Origin: a virus
Taxonomy: Duplodnaviria > Caudoviricetes
Virus record (IMG/VR): IMGVR_UViG_3300046786_000774
Span: 6,903 to 70,902 of that record
Direction: 5' to 3' (one strand)
Length of the DNA stretch: 64,000 nucleotides
Made by a program: the position numbers and the translations under genes. The notes under the pieces are model-generated. The model was given only the letters and a program-made list of their open reading frames with translations, did no database searches and was not told where the DNA came from. Of the stretch, positions 36,482 through 46,544 are shown one piece after another (position 1 is the stretch's first letter; each line of letters begins with the position of its first letter).

Positions 36482-36509
36482 CATTTAACCAGCCCCCTCT
36501 TGTCGTCAA
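36482..36509 (-). promoter_or_regulatory. sigma70-like promoter TTGACG-N16-TAAATG
   Basis: same TTGAC...TGGTTAA layout as promoters at 1438 and upstream of the HD hydrolase. Confidence 0.45.
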
Positions 36510-36519
36510 CACCCTTCGT

Positions 36520-36867
36520 TCATTTTGGCGAAAGGAACACGTCGTAGGAGTGTTGGTTCCCTCTGGTTGCCGTGACGAAGTACAGATCGCCAAGCAACGC
36601 CTGGATCAGGTCGACCGTAGGGAGCTTGGTCTCCTTGATGATCCCGACCGAGAGGAACTCCACCAGGGAGCTCCGCTTGTTGAGCCCGATCACGAAGGTG
36701 CCTCGCCAGTATTCCGGGTTGAACTTCAGGGAGTGGTAATCCAGCTCGCAAGCTGTAACCCTGGAGAACCAAAAGGTATCTGCCGTGTGATCAGCGTACG
36801 AGACGTACGGCTGCGTCAACACCAAAAACGGCATTCGGGCCTTGATTGCTTCAAGAGAGTCTACCAT
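36520..36867 (-). CDS. hypothetical protein
   Basis: 115 aa. Confidence 0.65.
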   Translation of the reverse strand: MVDSLEAIKARMPFLVLTQPYVSYADHTADTFWFSRVTACELDYHSLKFNPEYWRGTFVIGLNKRSSLVEFLSVGIIKETKLPTVDLIQALLGDLYFVTATRGNQHSYDVFLSPK

Positions 36868-37876
36868 TCACCATTTCCTTCACCGTGAACAACTCCCCAA
36901 GGAGTCGCTTGATAGCCTCTCCATGCGAGGCATGGGTTGTCCACTCCTTTGTGGCTGGATTGTACTTCCTCTGCTTGACCGGAATCTTCTTGATCTCACC
37001 GATGAGAGCGTACATCGCTTGATTTTGGTTTTTCAGCCAAGGAAGCACGAACACCGTCCAGTCTCCATTCGTCCTGGCGATGATCACAGGCTTCTTATCA
37101 GCCCCCTCAGCGGCTTCCAGTTCCTCGAACGAGGGAACCGCCATTGGGTTGCTCTCGACCCACTGTGCAGCCTCCTGGGCAAGCTGCTGAATGGTTCCGC
37201 CTTCAACGGGCTGACCGTTGGCATCCGAGACGACATAGAAGGGCCAGAAGTTCTGAACAGCTTCGAGGAATAGAGCAGCCTGGGCTGCTGGAACAGAGAA
37301 CGGTTCGCCATTACCCCTTCGAGCTGGGACCTTGATGCCGGGAATAGCCTTCATTGCAAGGAAGCCAGCCTTACAGGAAGCTCCCTTGAGGTAGAGGAAC
37401 CCGTCCTTGAACCAGAGAGGAGCCGACGAGGTGGAAGCCTCCAAGGAGAGGACGGCAGCGAGGGCACTGTACCCAAGCCACTTGACAGCGGAGACAAGGA
37501 ACGCTCGCTCCTTCTCTTCCATCCTGAAAGAGAGAATCCAGTCCAGCCCCTTGATGATCTTCCGAAGATCCTCTCCAGTGAGCTCGAATTCCCTTCCACC
37601 TTCCGAAGCCATGGCAGCCTTGTTGCTATGCTTGAGCAAGGCATCACGGATCTCATTGAACTTCGGGAGACAGGCTTCCGGGAGGTTCTCGGGGTTCATC
37701 CCCCAAATGATCGAGATGGCAAACGGGTAGTTCGCCTCGATGGTCTTTGCGTAAAGGTGGGTATCCTTCCTTGCACAAATGGGACCATAGCCCCTTTCTT
37801 CGCTCGCTGGGTCTTCCAGGGGCAAACCACAGCGAGAACAGCGACGACGTTCATTCCGTTGGAAGGCAAGACTCAT
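36851..37876 (-). CDS. DUF6011-like zinc-binding protein with C-terminal HARP-like segment
   Basis: CSRCGLPLEDPASEERGYGPIC; C-terminal IKKIP..RKYNPATKEW; GAGGTG SD at ATG 37876. Confidence 0.65.
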   Translation of the reverse strand: MSLAFQRNERRRCSRCGLPLEDPASEERGYGPICARKDTHLYAKTIEANYPFAISIIWGMNPENLPEACLPKFNEIRDALLKHSNKAAMASEGGREFELTGEDLRKIIKGLDWILSFRMEEKERAFLVSAVKWLGYSALAAVLSLEASTSSAPLWFKDGFLYLKGASCKAGFLAMKAIPGIKVPARRGNGEPFSVPAAQAALFLEAVQNFWPFYVVSDANGQPVEGGTIQQLAQEAAQWVESNPMAVPSFEELEAAEGADKKPVIIARTNGDWTVFVLPWLKNQNQAMYALIGEIKKIPVKQRKYNPATKEWTTHASHGEAIKRLLGELFTVKEMVNGRLS

Positions 37877-38068
37877 CTGAACACCTCTATTCAAGAATAA
37901 TGTCTGTTTCGCCGGGGTCAAGGGAAATATTATTTCTCCGATGCATTCTTGCCACTTTTCCCAAGTGATTACAAGGCGTTGGGCGAATAGAAGGCTCCAG
38001 TTTTGTAAACTTAATCTGGAATCTATTCAGGTCAACTCTCAGACAATTGAGAAACTTGAAAAGCAAAT

Positions 38069-38326
38069 GTGGGGATGGCTGAACCAGTTCGGTGCAAGGG
38101 CAGTTCCCTGATTCACTCTTTCCAGTATGATAAGGAAGAGAGGATTCTCCGGGTATTCTTCTTGAGCGGCTACGTCTATGACTACTTCTTTGTCCCTGAA
38201 GAGGTTGTGGAGGAGTTTCAAAAGTTGGCCGAGCAGGGTGGAGAGAGTCTTGGGAAGTGGTTTGCCAAGAACATCAAGAAGACCTTTGAGTACCAGAGAG
38301 TAAAGCAGGAAGATGACGACAAATAG
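38069..38326 (+). CDS. KTSC-domain protein
   Basis: SSLIHSFQYD...LRVFF.SG.VYDYFFVP...SLGKWF..NIK. Confidence 0.85.
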   Translation: MGMAEPVRCKGSSLIHSFQYDKEERILRVFFLSGYVYDYFFVPEEVVEEFQKLAEQGGESLGKWFAKNIKKTFEYQRVKQEDDDK

Positions 38327-38795
38327 GTTCTCCGCAAGTGACGAAGGCAAGCTGTTCTACATCATTGGGGATTTCCCGGTGGCGATGTTCGAGTTCGACG
38401 GGCTGGCTTCAGACATCCTATCGTATCGAGGACTTGTGAACATCAACAGCAGCGAGACCGCCCTGCTTTACATTGGCTCAAGGGTCCCACAGCCGATCAA
38501 TGGTAGGGTAACCACCTTCTACGTCTTCCTCTACGATGAGAAGGTTGTTGGACTCCCCACACATCTCTACGACGAGTCCAGCAATCCAATCATCTTTGTG
38601 GAGCTTGGAAAGGACCCCGTCCGTAGCAATGCAAGGTACGGAGACAACCTACCACTTGCTCCAATTGCCATCACTGTTGCCAAGTCGACACTGCTCAAGC
38701 TTGCTCAGGTCGATAAGGACAGCGAAGCTCAAGAAGAAAAGAGCAGTTTTGTGAAAAAGTTCCGTGGAATGTTCCTGGACTTTTTCAGAGCTTGA
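38313..38795 (+). CDS. hypothetical protein
   Basis: 160 aa; EGKLFY...FYVFLYDEKVV resembles small paralog family. Confidence 0.65.
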   Translation: MTTNRFSASDEGKLFYIIGDFPVAMFEFDGLASDILSYRGLVNINSSETALLYIGSRVPQPINGRVTTFYVFLYDEKVVGLPTHLYDESSNPIIFVELGKDPVRSNARYGDNLPLAPIAITVAKSTLLKLAQVDKDSEAQEEKSSFVKKFRGMFLDFFRA

Positions 38796-39722
38796 TCACT
38801 CCGGGTCAGCCGACTTCCGAATGATCCAGTTGATGTCGTTCACTTGGTAAGGGACTCCTACCTCGGCGCAGAACGCCTTGACACAAGTCCAGCCTTTGTA
38901 GGTTGCTAGTTTGCCTCGCAAAAGCAATGAAAACCTACCAGGGTCCAAATTGTGTTCAAGAGCGAACGCCTTGATATTGGTTACTTCTGAAAACACTACT
39001 CCATCAGGTGATGTTAAGCAAATACCAGCTATCGTTTTAGCATGCCTTGCCTCTCCTGGCTTGAATTGAGTTTGAGGAGAAGAATGCTTGCCTTTATGAG
39101 CTTGACTCATCCGGGCAGCATAGGGTTCACTCTTCCAAAGTTCAGTAACAATTAGGCGATTTGCTGCACCGATCTTTTCTTTGTGTTTTTCACCAAGCGG
39201 CTTACCTTTTGTGGGGCTCGGCTTTCCATACATCGGATTCAATTTACCTACCAAACCAATGTGCCCTGGCTTGAATTGGGTTGCTACTACATTTGGATGT
39301 GTTTTACCTACCAACCGCAATTTAGCTCTGGTTTCTTCCGAAGTTGTTTTTCGGTACGAAGCCTTATCAGCTCTTTTTCGCATGTTCATGATCTTTTCAG
39401 ACCAAAAGCGATCCAAGAACTCTTGCTCTTTGAGTTGTCTATCCAACTCCGTTGATTCCTCCATCACTTCAAGAACCTCAAACACAAAAACCGTCTCCCC
39501 GTATTTGTTGAAACAGTTTTGCATCTTCTTGCTGTGGTGAGTTCCTCGTCGAAGAGAAGTTACATGGCCACGTAGCCTTCTCTTGAATTCCTTGCAACTG
39601 CCAATATAGAAGTATTGGTTAGCCGTGCAAGTTATTTTGTAGATCCCCGCTGACTTACTATGCCCTTTGTAGATGGTATGCACACCAATAACTAGTGTGC
39701 GCGGGGGACCGAATTTCTTCAA
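38796..39722 (-). mobile_element. GIY-YIG homing endonuclease with NUMOD3 repeats, fused to an old methyltransferase C-terminus
   Basis: GIYKI...FYIGS...R..GH; NPMYGK, HKEKI NUMOD3-like; AT-rich; likely real start GTG 39683. Confidence 0.88.
38818..38883. repeat. diverged direct repeat copy A (methyltransferase 3' end)
   Basis: 54/66 nt identical to 39732-39797 by manual alignment. Confidence 0.9.
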
Positions 39723-40387
39723 ACATCCTTACGAATGATCCAGTTAATGTCATCTACAGTGTAAGGAACGCCTACTTCGGCACAAAACGCCTTGACAGCA
39801 TCAGATACGCTACTCCAAGGCCAATCATCACCGAAAATAGCGCCGCCAGGAGATAGTAGCTCCCAATAAGCGATAAGGTCGTCATACACATCCTTTTCGT
39901 CATGACTTCCGTCAATGTAGATCAAATCTGCCTGGAGCTTGAAGTCCTGCAAAAAGGAAGCTCCAAGCTGGCTTGGCATCGACAATGGAACGATCTTGTC
40001 GGCACATCCGGCTTGGATCATGTTGCTCAAGAACCTCTTGTAGAAGGTTGGTCGCCCATTCTCCATTTCAAGATGTTTCTTGAGCTCGGCATCTCTCCAG
40101 TGCTCCTTGGAACCAAGCCAAGTATCAATGCAAATCACCGCTGTGTCGAGGTCAAGCGCTGTACAGGAGTTTGCAAGGTTAGCTGCGCTCAATCCCATCC
40201 AGCTACCAACCTCAATGATCAACTTGGGACGGAGATGGCTCACCAAACCTGGGAAGATTTGCCTGTCTCCATTCCAACCCCAAAGGCGAGTTCCTGGGAC
40301 GGCAGAGAAGTCCTCGAAAGCATCCGAGAGCTCTAGTTTCGCAAGGAGTTCCTTCTTGTTCATCGTCTTTCCTTCAGAGAAATGCAA
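39719..40387 (-). CDS. class I SAM-dependent methyltransferase (Methyltransf_24-like)
   Basis: IIEVGSWMGLSA, CIDTW, DLIYIDGSH, LSPGGAIFGDDW. Confidence 0.85.
   Translation of the reverse strand: MHFSEGKTMNKKELLAKLELSDAFEDFSAVPGTRLWGWNGDRQIFPGLVSHLRPKLIIEVGSWMGLSAANLANSCTALDLDTAVICIDTWLGSKEHWRDAELKKHLEMENGRPTFYKRFLSNMIQAGCADKIVPLSMPSQLGASFLQDFKLQADLIYIDGSHDEKDVYDDLIAYWELLSPGGAIFGDDWPWSSVSDAVKAFCAEVGVPYTVDDINWIIRKDV
39732..39797. repeat. diverged direct repeat copy B (methyltransferase 3' end)
   Basis: 54/66 nt identical to 38818-38883. Confidence 0.9.
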
Positions 40388-40572
40388 ATCAACTTTGTCT
40401 TGGAGCCCGGAATGAACCCAACCGTGTAGTTGTACATCCTGTTGAACTCATCTCCCATGGCAACGATCTCGTGCATCGCTTCCGGTGTGAAAGTTAGGGA
40501 AAATGTGAAATTCACACCGTTCCCTCTCACAGCATCATGTCGGGCACGAATCATCTCGCGCACAGTTGCCAT
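40360..40572 (-). CDS. hypothetical protein
   Basis: 70 aa, TGATG-coupled. Confidence 0.5.
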   Translation of the reverse strand: MATVREMIRARHDAVRGNGVNFTFSLTFTPEAMHEIVAMGDEFNRMYNYTVGFIPGSKTKLICISLKERR

Positions 40573-40916
40573 CAGTTGGCCTGAGCTTTCTCCCGCTTGC
40601 CAACAAGCTTGCCAGTTGCCGGATCACGAGAAATCACGATTTCTTCCTCTGGTTCCTCAACTTCATCGGTAGCCAGTGTGGTAGCTTGAGCCCTTGCCTT
40701 CTCTTCGGCTTGCCTCTGGAGAGCTTCGCCCATCTCGTTCCAACCCTTCACGTAATCCTCCGAAAGGATCAGAACGCCAGGATTCGCTTCGCTTTCCTCA
40801 AGGCGGACAGCTCGACAGTGATCAACAACGCTCTGTTGCGTGATGATGCACATTGTGAGGAGCTCACGGATTTGACCAACTACTTGGTCGCTGAACTTGT
40901 AGACCTTCTTAGCCAT
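40572..40916 (-). CDS. hypothetical protein
   Basis: 114 aa. Confidence 0.7.
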   Translation of the reverse strand: MAKKVYKFSDQVVGQIRELLTMCIITQQSVVDHCRAVRLEESEANPGVLILSEDYVKGWNEMGEALQRQAEEKARAQATTLATDEVEEPEEEIVISRDPATGKLVGKREKAQAN

Positions 40917-40947
40917 TGCTTTTTTCCCTTAGTCATGGCTAGAGTGT

Positions 40948-41766
40948 TTACTGCTTCGCGACTTGTTCAAGCCTTTCCTTGTAAAGCTTCAGGGCTTCCA
41001 AGGCTTCCGCGGAGATGTTCTCTGGAATGTAGGTTTCCAGGTCGATTCGGATGATCAAATCACCAACTTTGGTCTCGTTGGGCCCCCTTGGGATTCCACC
41101 ACCGGCAACCCTCATGGGAGACAGTGGTTGAAACCCAGCAGGGATCTTCAACTCCTTCTTAGTCCCATCAAGGAGTGTTACGGTCCTGGTCCCACCAAGC
41201 ACCAAGGTTGGGTAATCAACCGGCACAGCCGTGAGAACGTCGCCGTTGTGGCCGAACTTGTAGGGTCCATTGACCCGGAAGGAAACAATCAGTTCGACCC
41301 GAGTCCCCTCAATCTCCTCTCGGAAAATCAAGGAAATACCATCTCTGCAACCCCTCGGGAACTTGAATTTCTGAATGTGCTCGTATGGAGTGGATTCAAG
41401 CCCCTTGCCAACACGACGAGTCTTAACCAAGTTGATCGGAACTTCCCTCTCACCACCCTCAAGGACTTCCTTGATTGAAATGTCGATGGTGATGCCAGTC
41501 CTCATTGTCCTATTGACGAAAGCATTGGTGAAAGCGTACTCAAATGGGTCAAACGCAGGCCCATTCAAGGAATAGTCATACTCCTGCCTCTTCTGTGGAT
41601 CAGAAAGAGTAGAGTACGCCTCGTTGACTTCCTTCATCTTGGCTTCCGCCATACCGTCCCCAGGGTTGCGATCGGGATGGTACTTCTTTGCCAATTCCCT
41701 GTAAGCAGCCTTGATCTCTTCGGGGGTAGCTTCAGGCGAAACGCCCAGGATCTCATAGAACGTCAC
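40948..41766 (-). CDS. dnaJ: DnaJ-family co-chaperone without zinc finger
   Basis: FYEILGV...KYHPDRNPG; C-terminal substrate-binding domain GDLIIRI. Confidence 0.92.
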   Translation of the reverse strand: MTFYEILGVSPEATPEEIKAAYRELAKKYHPDRNPGDGMAEAKMKEVNEAYSTLSDPQKRQEYDYSLNGPAFDPFEYAFTNAFVNRTMRTGITIDISIKEVLEGGEREVPINLVKTRRVGKGLESTPYEHIQKFKFPRGCRDGISLIFREEIEGTRVELIVSFRVNGPYKFGHNGDVLTAVPVDYPTLVLGGTRTVTLLDGTKKELKIPAGFQPLSPMRVAGGGIPRGPNETKVGDLIIRIDLETYIPENISAEALEALKLYKERLEQVAKQ

Positions 41767-42257
41767 AGCTTCTTCTTCCTTTTCTTTCCGGTAAACTGAA
41801 CTCCACCAACAGGAGCCTTCTGGTTAGCAGCCGATTCAAGAATCCCATTGGCAACGATGGCAGCCATCGAGCCGCCTGTCATCGTAGGGAGCGGAGGAGG
41901 AGGGGGAAGAGTTGAAACACGGCCCACGTCAGCTTCAAGTTGGCCTCGGGCTTTCTTGACCCTTCTAAGACCCAGCAACCCGTAACCAGCAATGTCCTGG
42001 TAGGGAGACTCTCCAAGGGCATCCCTGTCAGTCGCAATCCGTTTCATCTTGTCGAAGATGCGAACCAACGCCAAGGCATCCCCGTACTGGGAAGGTTGGA
42101 TTCCATTTGGATAGAGGAGACGCAGGAATTCCCCTGCATCATCAAAGCTCGACCCATAGGCTGCGTTCTTCACATCAACAAGTGCCCCGACTCTCTGGCC
42201 GAGCGATTCGTAGTTGTCCTTTGTCATGGGGACTACGGTAGTCCCTATTCGACCCAA
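41763..42257 (-). CDS. DUF1599/Nmad1-like protein
   Basis: KNAAYGSSF...RIFDKMKRI...[10 protein letters not shown]; start may be ATG 42227. Confidence 0.6.
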   Translation of the reverse strand: MGRIGTTVVPMTKDNYESLGQRVGALVDVKNAAYGSSFDDAGEFLRLLYPNGIQPSQYGDALALVRIFDKMKRIATDRDALGESPYQDIAGYGLLGLRRVKKARGQLEADVGRVSTLPPPPPLPTMTGGSMAAIVANGILESAANQKAPVGGVQFTGKKRKKKL

Positions 42258-42259
42258 AG

Positions 42260-42745
42260 TTAACCAATCCGGTCGTAAATCAAGTACGAATGGGTTGAGA
42301 GGACTTTGCTCTCAACAACCTTCCACTTCTTGGTATCAAGGGAAGGGAAAAAGGCATCACCTGGATGCCGCCCATACACTCTTGTGAGATACACCCTGGA
42401 GGCGAATGGGAGAGCTTGGCTGTAGATGTCAGCCCCACCAATCACCATAACCTCGGCCCCTTGGGAGAAAAGGGTTGCCAACCCCAATGCCTCTTCCCAG
42501 GAACGAGCAATGTGAATGCCCGTACCCTCTAGAAGAGAACGGCTGAGGACGATGTTCCATCTGTTTGGAAGTGGCTTTCCAATCGACTCATAGGTCTTAC
42601 GACCCATGATAACGCTCTTCCCAAGGGTGAGCTCCTTGAACCTTTTCAGGTCCCCAGGAGCATGCCAGCCAGGAAGAGCGCCATTGTGACCAATGACCCC
42701 ATCATCGTCTGCCGCCACAATCAAGCTTACTTTTGTTTCCATCAT
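42260..42745 (-). CDS. folA: dihydrofolate reductase
   Basis: IVAA..GVIG..G.LPGW..DLKRFK..T.GK.VIMGRKTYESIGKPLPNR; GGADIY; GDAFFP. Confidence 0.96.
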   Translation of the reverse strand: MMETKVSLIVAADDDGVIGHNGALPGWHAPGDLKRFKELTLGKSVIMGRKTYESIGKPLPNRWNIVLSRSLLEGTGIHIARSWEEALGLATLFSQGAEVMVIGGADIYSQALPFASRVYLTRVYGRHPGDAFFPSLDTKKWKVVESKVLSTHSYLIYDRIG

Positions 42746-42961
42746 ACCATAGAGAGGTTCGCTCGGTTGAAACTCAACCTCCAGCAGTAGGATGAAGTTG
42801 ATCAACCTGCAATTTCAGTTTGATCACCGTGAATCGAAAAGGTGACTTGTGTCCGTATTTGTAGTTCAGGTAGAAAACCTGCCCAACAGGTCGGCTCATC
42901 GGTTGGATCGCTACAATTTGCAACGCTGCTATGGCTGGGAAAATGCTACTTGGCAGCAGCA

Positions 42962-43825
42962 TCAGTTCTTCCAGCTTTGCATCGCCGCTGCAAGCTCGTG
43001 GTCTTCCTTGAAGATTTCATCATCGTGGAAGACCGTGGTGGGCTTGCCATCCTTCTTCGGAGGAGTGGCGGGCTTTGCTGTGGGAGCAAAGTGCTCAGGA
43101 GCCTGGATCAGCTTCGGGCCAGTGAGCGGAGCGTTGGGCTTGAAAGAAGCTCCGTCTGTGACAGCATCCTTCCCAAACCTCTCAAAGATCGCGTCCAATT
43201 CCTTCTGGAAGTCAGAAGGCTTGGACTTCTGGCCCTTGCCCTTTCCGGCGCTCGGAACCTTGCTGTTCATGAGAACTTGTGGACCCTTGAACGAGTCGTT
43301 CGAGTACCACACATTCTTGTGCCACGTTCCCATGTGCTCGTTGAGGATGATGGTTTCGCCATCGGAGTTCATGAAAACAACCTTGGAGTAGCCAATGTAG
43401 GATTTCAGGGTGGCACGAATGAAGGAGTTCTTCAAGATCGAAGCCGGGTTCTTGTAGTTCTCCGCAAGCATCCTCGCGAACACTGCCGAATCACTCTCCT
43501 TGGCAGAGGTGAGGTTGGTGAGCGAACGAATGATGCCGTTGTGAGCAAGAGCGAGCTTGTTCTTCACGACCCAAAACGGGTGGGTGTTCTCGGGAGTCAC
43601 GTCACCATGGGTCTTGATGCGGAAGTGCACGACCATCTTGCGAAGCGGTCCAGCTTCCTGGTACGCATCCCAGAACTCGTTGAACTTCATGAAGCCCTTC
43701 GAGATGACAACCTTGTCGCCGGTTGCGTACATGAAGCCCGCTCCGTCCGAGTTGGCCTTCCACATGGTGCGGAAGCTGTCTGCCGAAATCATGACCTTCT
43801 CAGGCTTCACAACGATGATACACAT
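42962..43825 (-). CDS. class II glutamine amidotransferase-like protein
   Basis: N-terminal MCII, NSDGAG, HFRIKTHG, HPF, LAHNG, SDS. Confidence 0.88.
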   Translation of the reverse strand: MCIIVVKPEKVMISADSFRTMWKANSDGAGFMYATGDKVVISKGFMKFNEFWDAYQEAGPLRKMVVHFRIKTHGDVTPENTHPFWVVKNKLALAHNGIIRSLTNLTSAKESDSAVFARMLAENYKNPASILKNSFIRATLKSYIGYSKVVFMNSDGETIILNEHMGTWHKNVWYSNDSFKGPQVLMNSKVPSAGKGKGQKSKPSDFQKELDAIFERFGKDAVTDGASFKPNAPLTGPKLIQAPEHFAPTAKPATPPKKDGKPTTVFHDDEIFKEDHELAAAMQSWKN

Positions 43826-43881
43826 TTGTTTCTCTCCTCTGCTCTCTCTGTTCTTTCAACCTAATTCGTTTTCCAAGCCCG

Positions 43882-44133
43882 TCAAGTGAAAATCTTACCA
43901 TCCGGTCGGAGGGTGATCCAAGGGAAGCAAGACCAAGCAGATGGAAGTTTCCAGTCAGGGGAATCGACGTTGCCGTTCTCCTCAAGAGAGTACAAGCCGC
44001 CAACCTCGAACCACCCGCTCCAGTGGTCTGCTCGTTCTGTACAGACCACCTGTCCGTCAGAGATCACCTTGAAGGCAAGGCCCCCGCCGTCGCCTGTTCG
44101 ATATTCAGATCCCAGTGGTAGATTGAGTTTCAT
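43882..44133 (-). CDS. hypothetical protein
   Basis: 83 aa; resembles next gene (GxGLAF[KE]V...W..G..Y.L...PW). Confidence 0.6.
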   Translation of the reverse strand: MKLNLPLGSEYRTGDGGGLAFKVISDGQVVCTERADHWSGWFEVGGLYSLEENGNVDSPDWKLPSAWSCFPWITLRPDGKIFT

Positions 44134-44163
44134 GGTGGAACTGTAACCACCATCACCGGGAAG

Positions 44164-44463
44164 TCAACGGTAGTGCTGAACCAATCCGTTGGTATAGAAG
44201 ATGTGCCACGGCAAAAGGTGGCTGGCAGCGACGTAGTTTTTGATCTTTTCAGAAACAAATGTCGCTTCCCGGAGCTCGTATTCCTTCCCAGCCACCCAAG
44301 TCTCCTGCATCACAGATGGGTTGTTCGGCATCGCAACGCGGTGAACGTTCTGCCAGAACTTCGAAACCGTAAGGCACTTGACCCTCACCACAGGTTCAAC
44401 CTGGATGACCTCAAAGGCAAGGCCATCACCTTCCAACTTCTGCCCAATCGTGAACTCGCTCAT
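44164..44463 (-). CDS. hypothetical protein
   Basis: 99 aa; probable paralog of the 43882 gene. Confidence 0.6.
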   Translation of the reverse strand: MSEFTIGQKLEGDGLAFEVIQVEPVVRVKCLTVSKFWQNVHRVAMPNNPSVMQETWVAGKEYELREATFVSEKIKNYVAASHLLPWHIFYTNGLVQHYR

Positions 44464-44466
44464 AGC

Positions 44467-44823
44467 TCAGCCCGTAACCATTCCACTGTCTTCGTCAAGG
44501 AAGTATTCCGTGAACTCGGAGAAGATGGGGTATTTGTCCATTTCAACAAGCACTGCGTTCTTGTGTCGGTTCTCCCGCGTCCAAATGATGGTTGGGCCAG
44601 CCACCTCAATGGCGCAGGTGCATTCCTCTGTAAAGCCCCCCGCTTCAGCAAGGGTGTAGTACATGGAGAATGTAGCCAGGAGGAACTGAATATCACTAAG
44701 GCGCGATTCCCTTTCTTCCTCAGACAGGAATGGCCACCCGTCGTGCATCTTAGTGAGCCTCTGTGGGAGGTTACTAATAGCCGTGGCAAGTCTTTTCAGC
44801 TCAGGACGAGGATCAGCGCTCAC
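44467..44823 (-). CDS. hypothetical protein
   Basis: GTGA-coupled start at 44823. Confidence 0.6.
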   Translation of the reverse strand: MSADPRPELKRLATAISNLPQRLTKMHDGWPFLSEEERESRLSDIQFLLATFSMYYTLAEAGGFTEECTCAIEVAGPTIIWTRENRHKNAVLVEMDKYPIFSEFTEYFLDEDSGMVTG

Positions 44824-45317
44824 CGCAGCCGTTCTCTGAACATTGCTTGGTTCAACTGGAAGGAAACCCAGTGATTTGGGACAATCTGAGGGTTTCGCCT
44901 CTTGGTGTTCCAATACCCCAAACCAGCAAACATCCCAGTAAAGTCGACAACAGCTCCAGAACGGCACATCCCGTGCCTACAGTGGGCAATGAGAAGAACT
45001 CTTTCTGGAACTGCATGCCACTTCTTGATGAACTGGTAAATCTTCTCGGCATGAGCCTCTGTCATGTACTCGGTCCCAGGCGGAACAACGAAGTCAATGT
45101 TCATTGGCTCAATGTCGGCGAACTCAACAGCGCAAATGTCCTCGGCGTCCCTGAATGGCTTCTCCATTTCGGAATCGCAGATTGACACCAAAACAACCTT
45201 GTCGTGTGGTTGAATCTTGTTGTCCCCGCTAACAGCCTCCGGGATAAACGGAACGGGCTGTCCAACCAAAAGATACTTCGCTTGCTGAATCCCAATTGCT
45301 CGGGCGTCGACGATCAT
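44820..45317 (-). CDS. protein-tyrosine/dual-specificity phosphatase-like protein
   Basis: HCRHGMCRS = HCxxGxxRS; ...PN.WV. Confidence 0.82.
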   Translation of the reverse strand: MIVDARAIGIQQAKYLLVGQPVPFIPEAVSGDNKIQPHDKVVLVSICDSEMEKPFRDAEDICAVEFADIEPMNIDFVVPPGTEYMTEAHAEKIYQFIKKWHAVPERVLLIAHCRHGMCRSGAVVDFTGMFAGLGYWNTKRRNPQIVPNHWVSFQLNQAMFRERLR

Positions 45318-45324
45318 TTCTTGC

Positions 45325-45651
45325 TCACTTCCTGTAGAACCTGACGATTGCATCAGAGTTCAGAACCTCAAACACGATGTAAGATCCGTCTTGTTCCGGC
45401 AGTGTCTTGCAAGTAATGACTTGATCATTCACCTCGACGATTTCCACGTCGTAGTAGCAGCAATCGTCATTTGGCTTACCATCAACCAAGTGGGCTGGGT
45501 CCACAACCATGAACATGTGCTTTGGTGGATTGAACTTCTCACCATTCTCCTCGAAGAGAGGGCACATGTAAGGGCTTCGAACAGCCTGGACTCTCCAGTG
45601 CTCCCCGACCTTCACCGTATGAAAGTTTCCGCCTTCAATTGCTGACATCAT
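45325..45651 (-). CDS. hypothetical protein
   Basis: 108 aa. Confidence 0.6.
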   Translation of the reverse strand: MMSAIEGGNFHTVKVGEHWRVQAVRSPYMCPLFEENGEKFNPPKHMFMVVDPAHLVDGKPNDDCCYYDVEIVEVNDQVITCKTLPEQDGSYIVFEVLNSDAIVRFYRK

Positions 45652-46544
45652 ACCGCAACATCTCCCTTGATTGCCGGGTGAGACTCGTATCCGTCCAGGC
45701 GAATGTCTTCAAGCTTGAAGGCGTCGATGTTCTTGACTTCCGGGTTCAACCACAGGGTTGGAAGCTTCAATGGAGAACGAGAAAGCTGGAGCTTCACCTG
45801 ATCCATGTGGTTCTCGTAGATGTGCAGGTCTCCAAAGGTGTGGACAAACTCCCCAACCTCCAAGCCCGTCACCTGGGCGATCATATGGGTCAGGAGAGCG
45901 TAGGAAGCGATGTTGAATGGAACTCCCAGGAAGGCATCAGCGCTCCTCTGGTAAAGCTGGCAGTTCAACCTCGTTCCCCCATGAGACACCCGGAACTGGA
46001 ACAGGGTATGGCATGGGGGCAAGCTCACTTGATCGCAGGTTGCAGGGTTCCAACCTGTGACAATCAACCTGCGGCAAGACGGATTCGTCTTGATGCGCTC
46101 GATCACACGAGCAATTTGGTCGATATGTTGGAGTTCGAAGCCATTGTGGACGCTACCATCCGAGAGGATGTATTCTTCCGTTACTGGCTTCTTGAGGTCC
46201 GCAGCTTCCCACTTCCTCCACAAAGGACCATAGATAGGACCCAGGTCGCCTTCTTCACGTCCAAACTTGCTGGTATGTTCCTTCGTCGCCCAATCATCCC
46301 AAATGCGGATTTCCCCATGCTTGTGAAGGTCCTGAACCATAGAGCTCCCTGAGAGGAACCAAAGTAGCTCAGCAGCAATCAAGCGGAAGGAAACCTTCTT
46401 CGTGGTAACCATGGGGAAACCATCGCGGAGGTTGTAGCGATTCTGATAGCCAAAGACGCTGTAGTAGCCTTCCTTGGTCCTGCCATTCCCGATGTACTCG
46501 CCATTCTCAAGGATATGGCGAAGCATTTCCTGATATTGCTTCAC
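45648..46544 (-). CDS. thyA: thymidylate synthase
   Basis: [53 protein letters not shown]. Confidence 0.98.
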   Translation of the reverse strand: MKQYQEMLRHILENGEYIGNGRTKEGYYSVFGYQNRYNLRDGFPMVTTKKVSFRLIAAELLWFLSGSSMVQDLHKHGEIRIWDDWATKEHTSKFGREEGDLGPIYGPLWRKWEAADLKKPVTEEYILSDGSVHNGFELQHIDQIARVIERIKTNPSCRRLIVTGWNPATCDQVSLPPCHTLFQFRVSHGGTRLNCQLYQRSADAFLGVPFNIASYALLTHMIAQVTGLEVGEFVHTFGDLHIYENHMDQVKLQLSRSPLKLPTLWLNPEVKNIDAFKLEDIRLDGYESHPAIKGDVAV

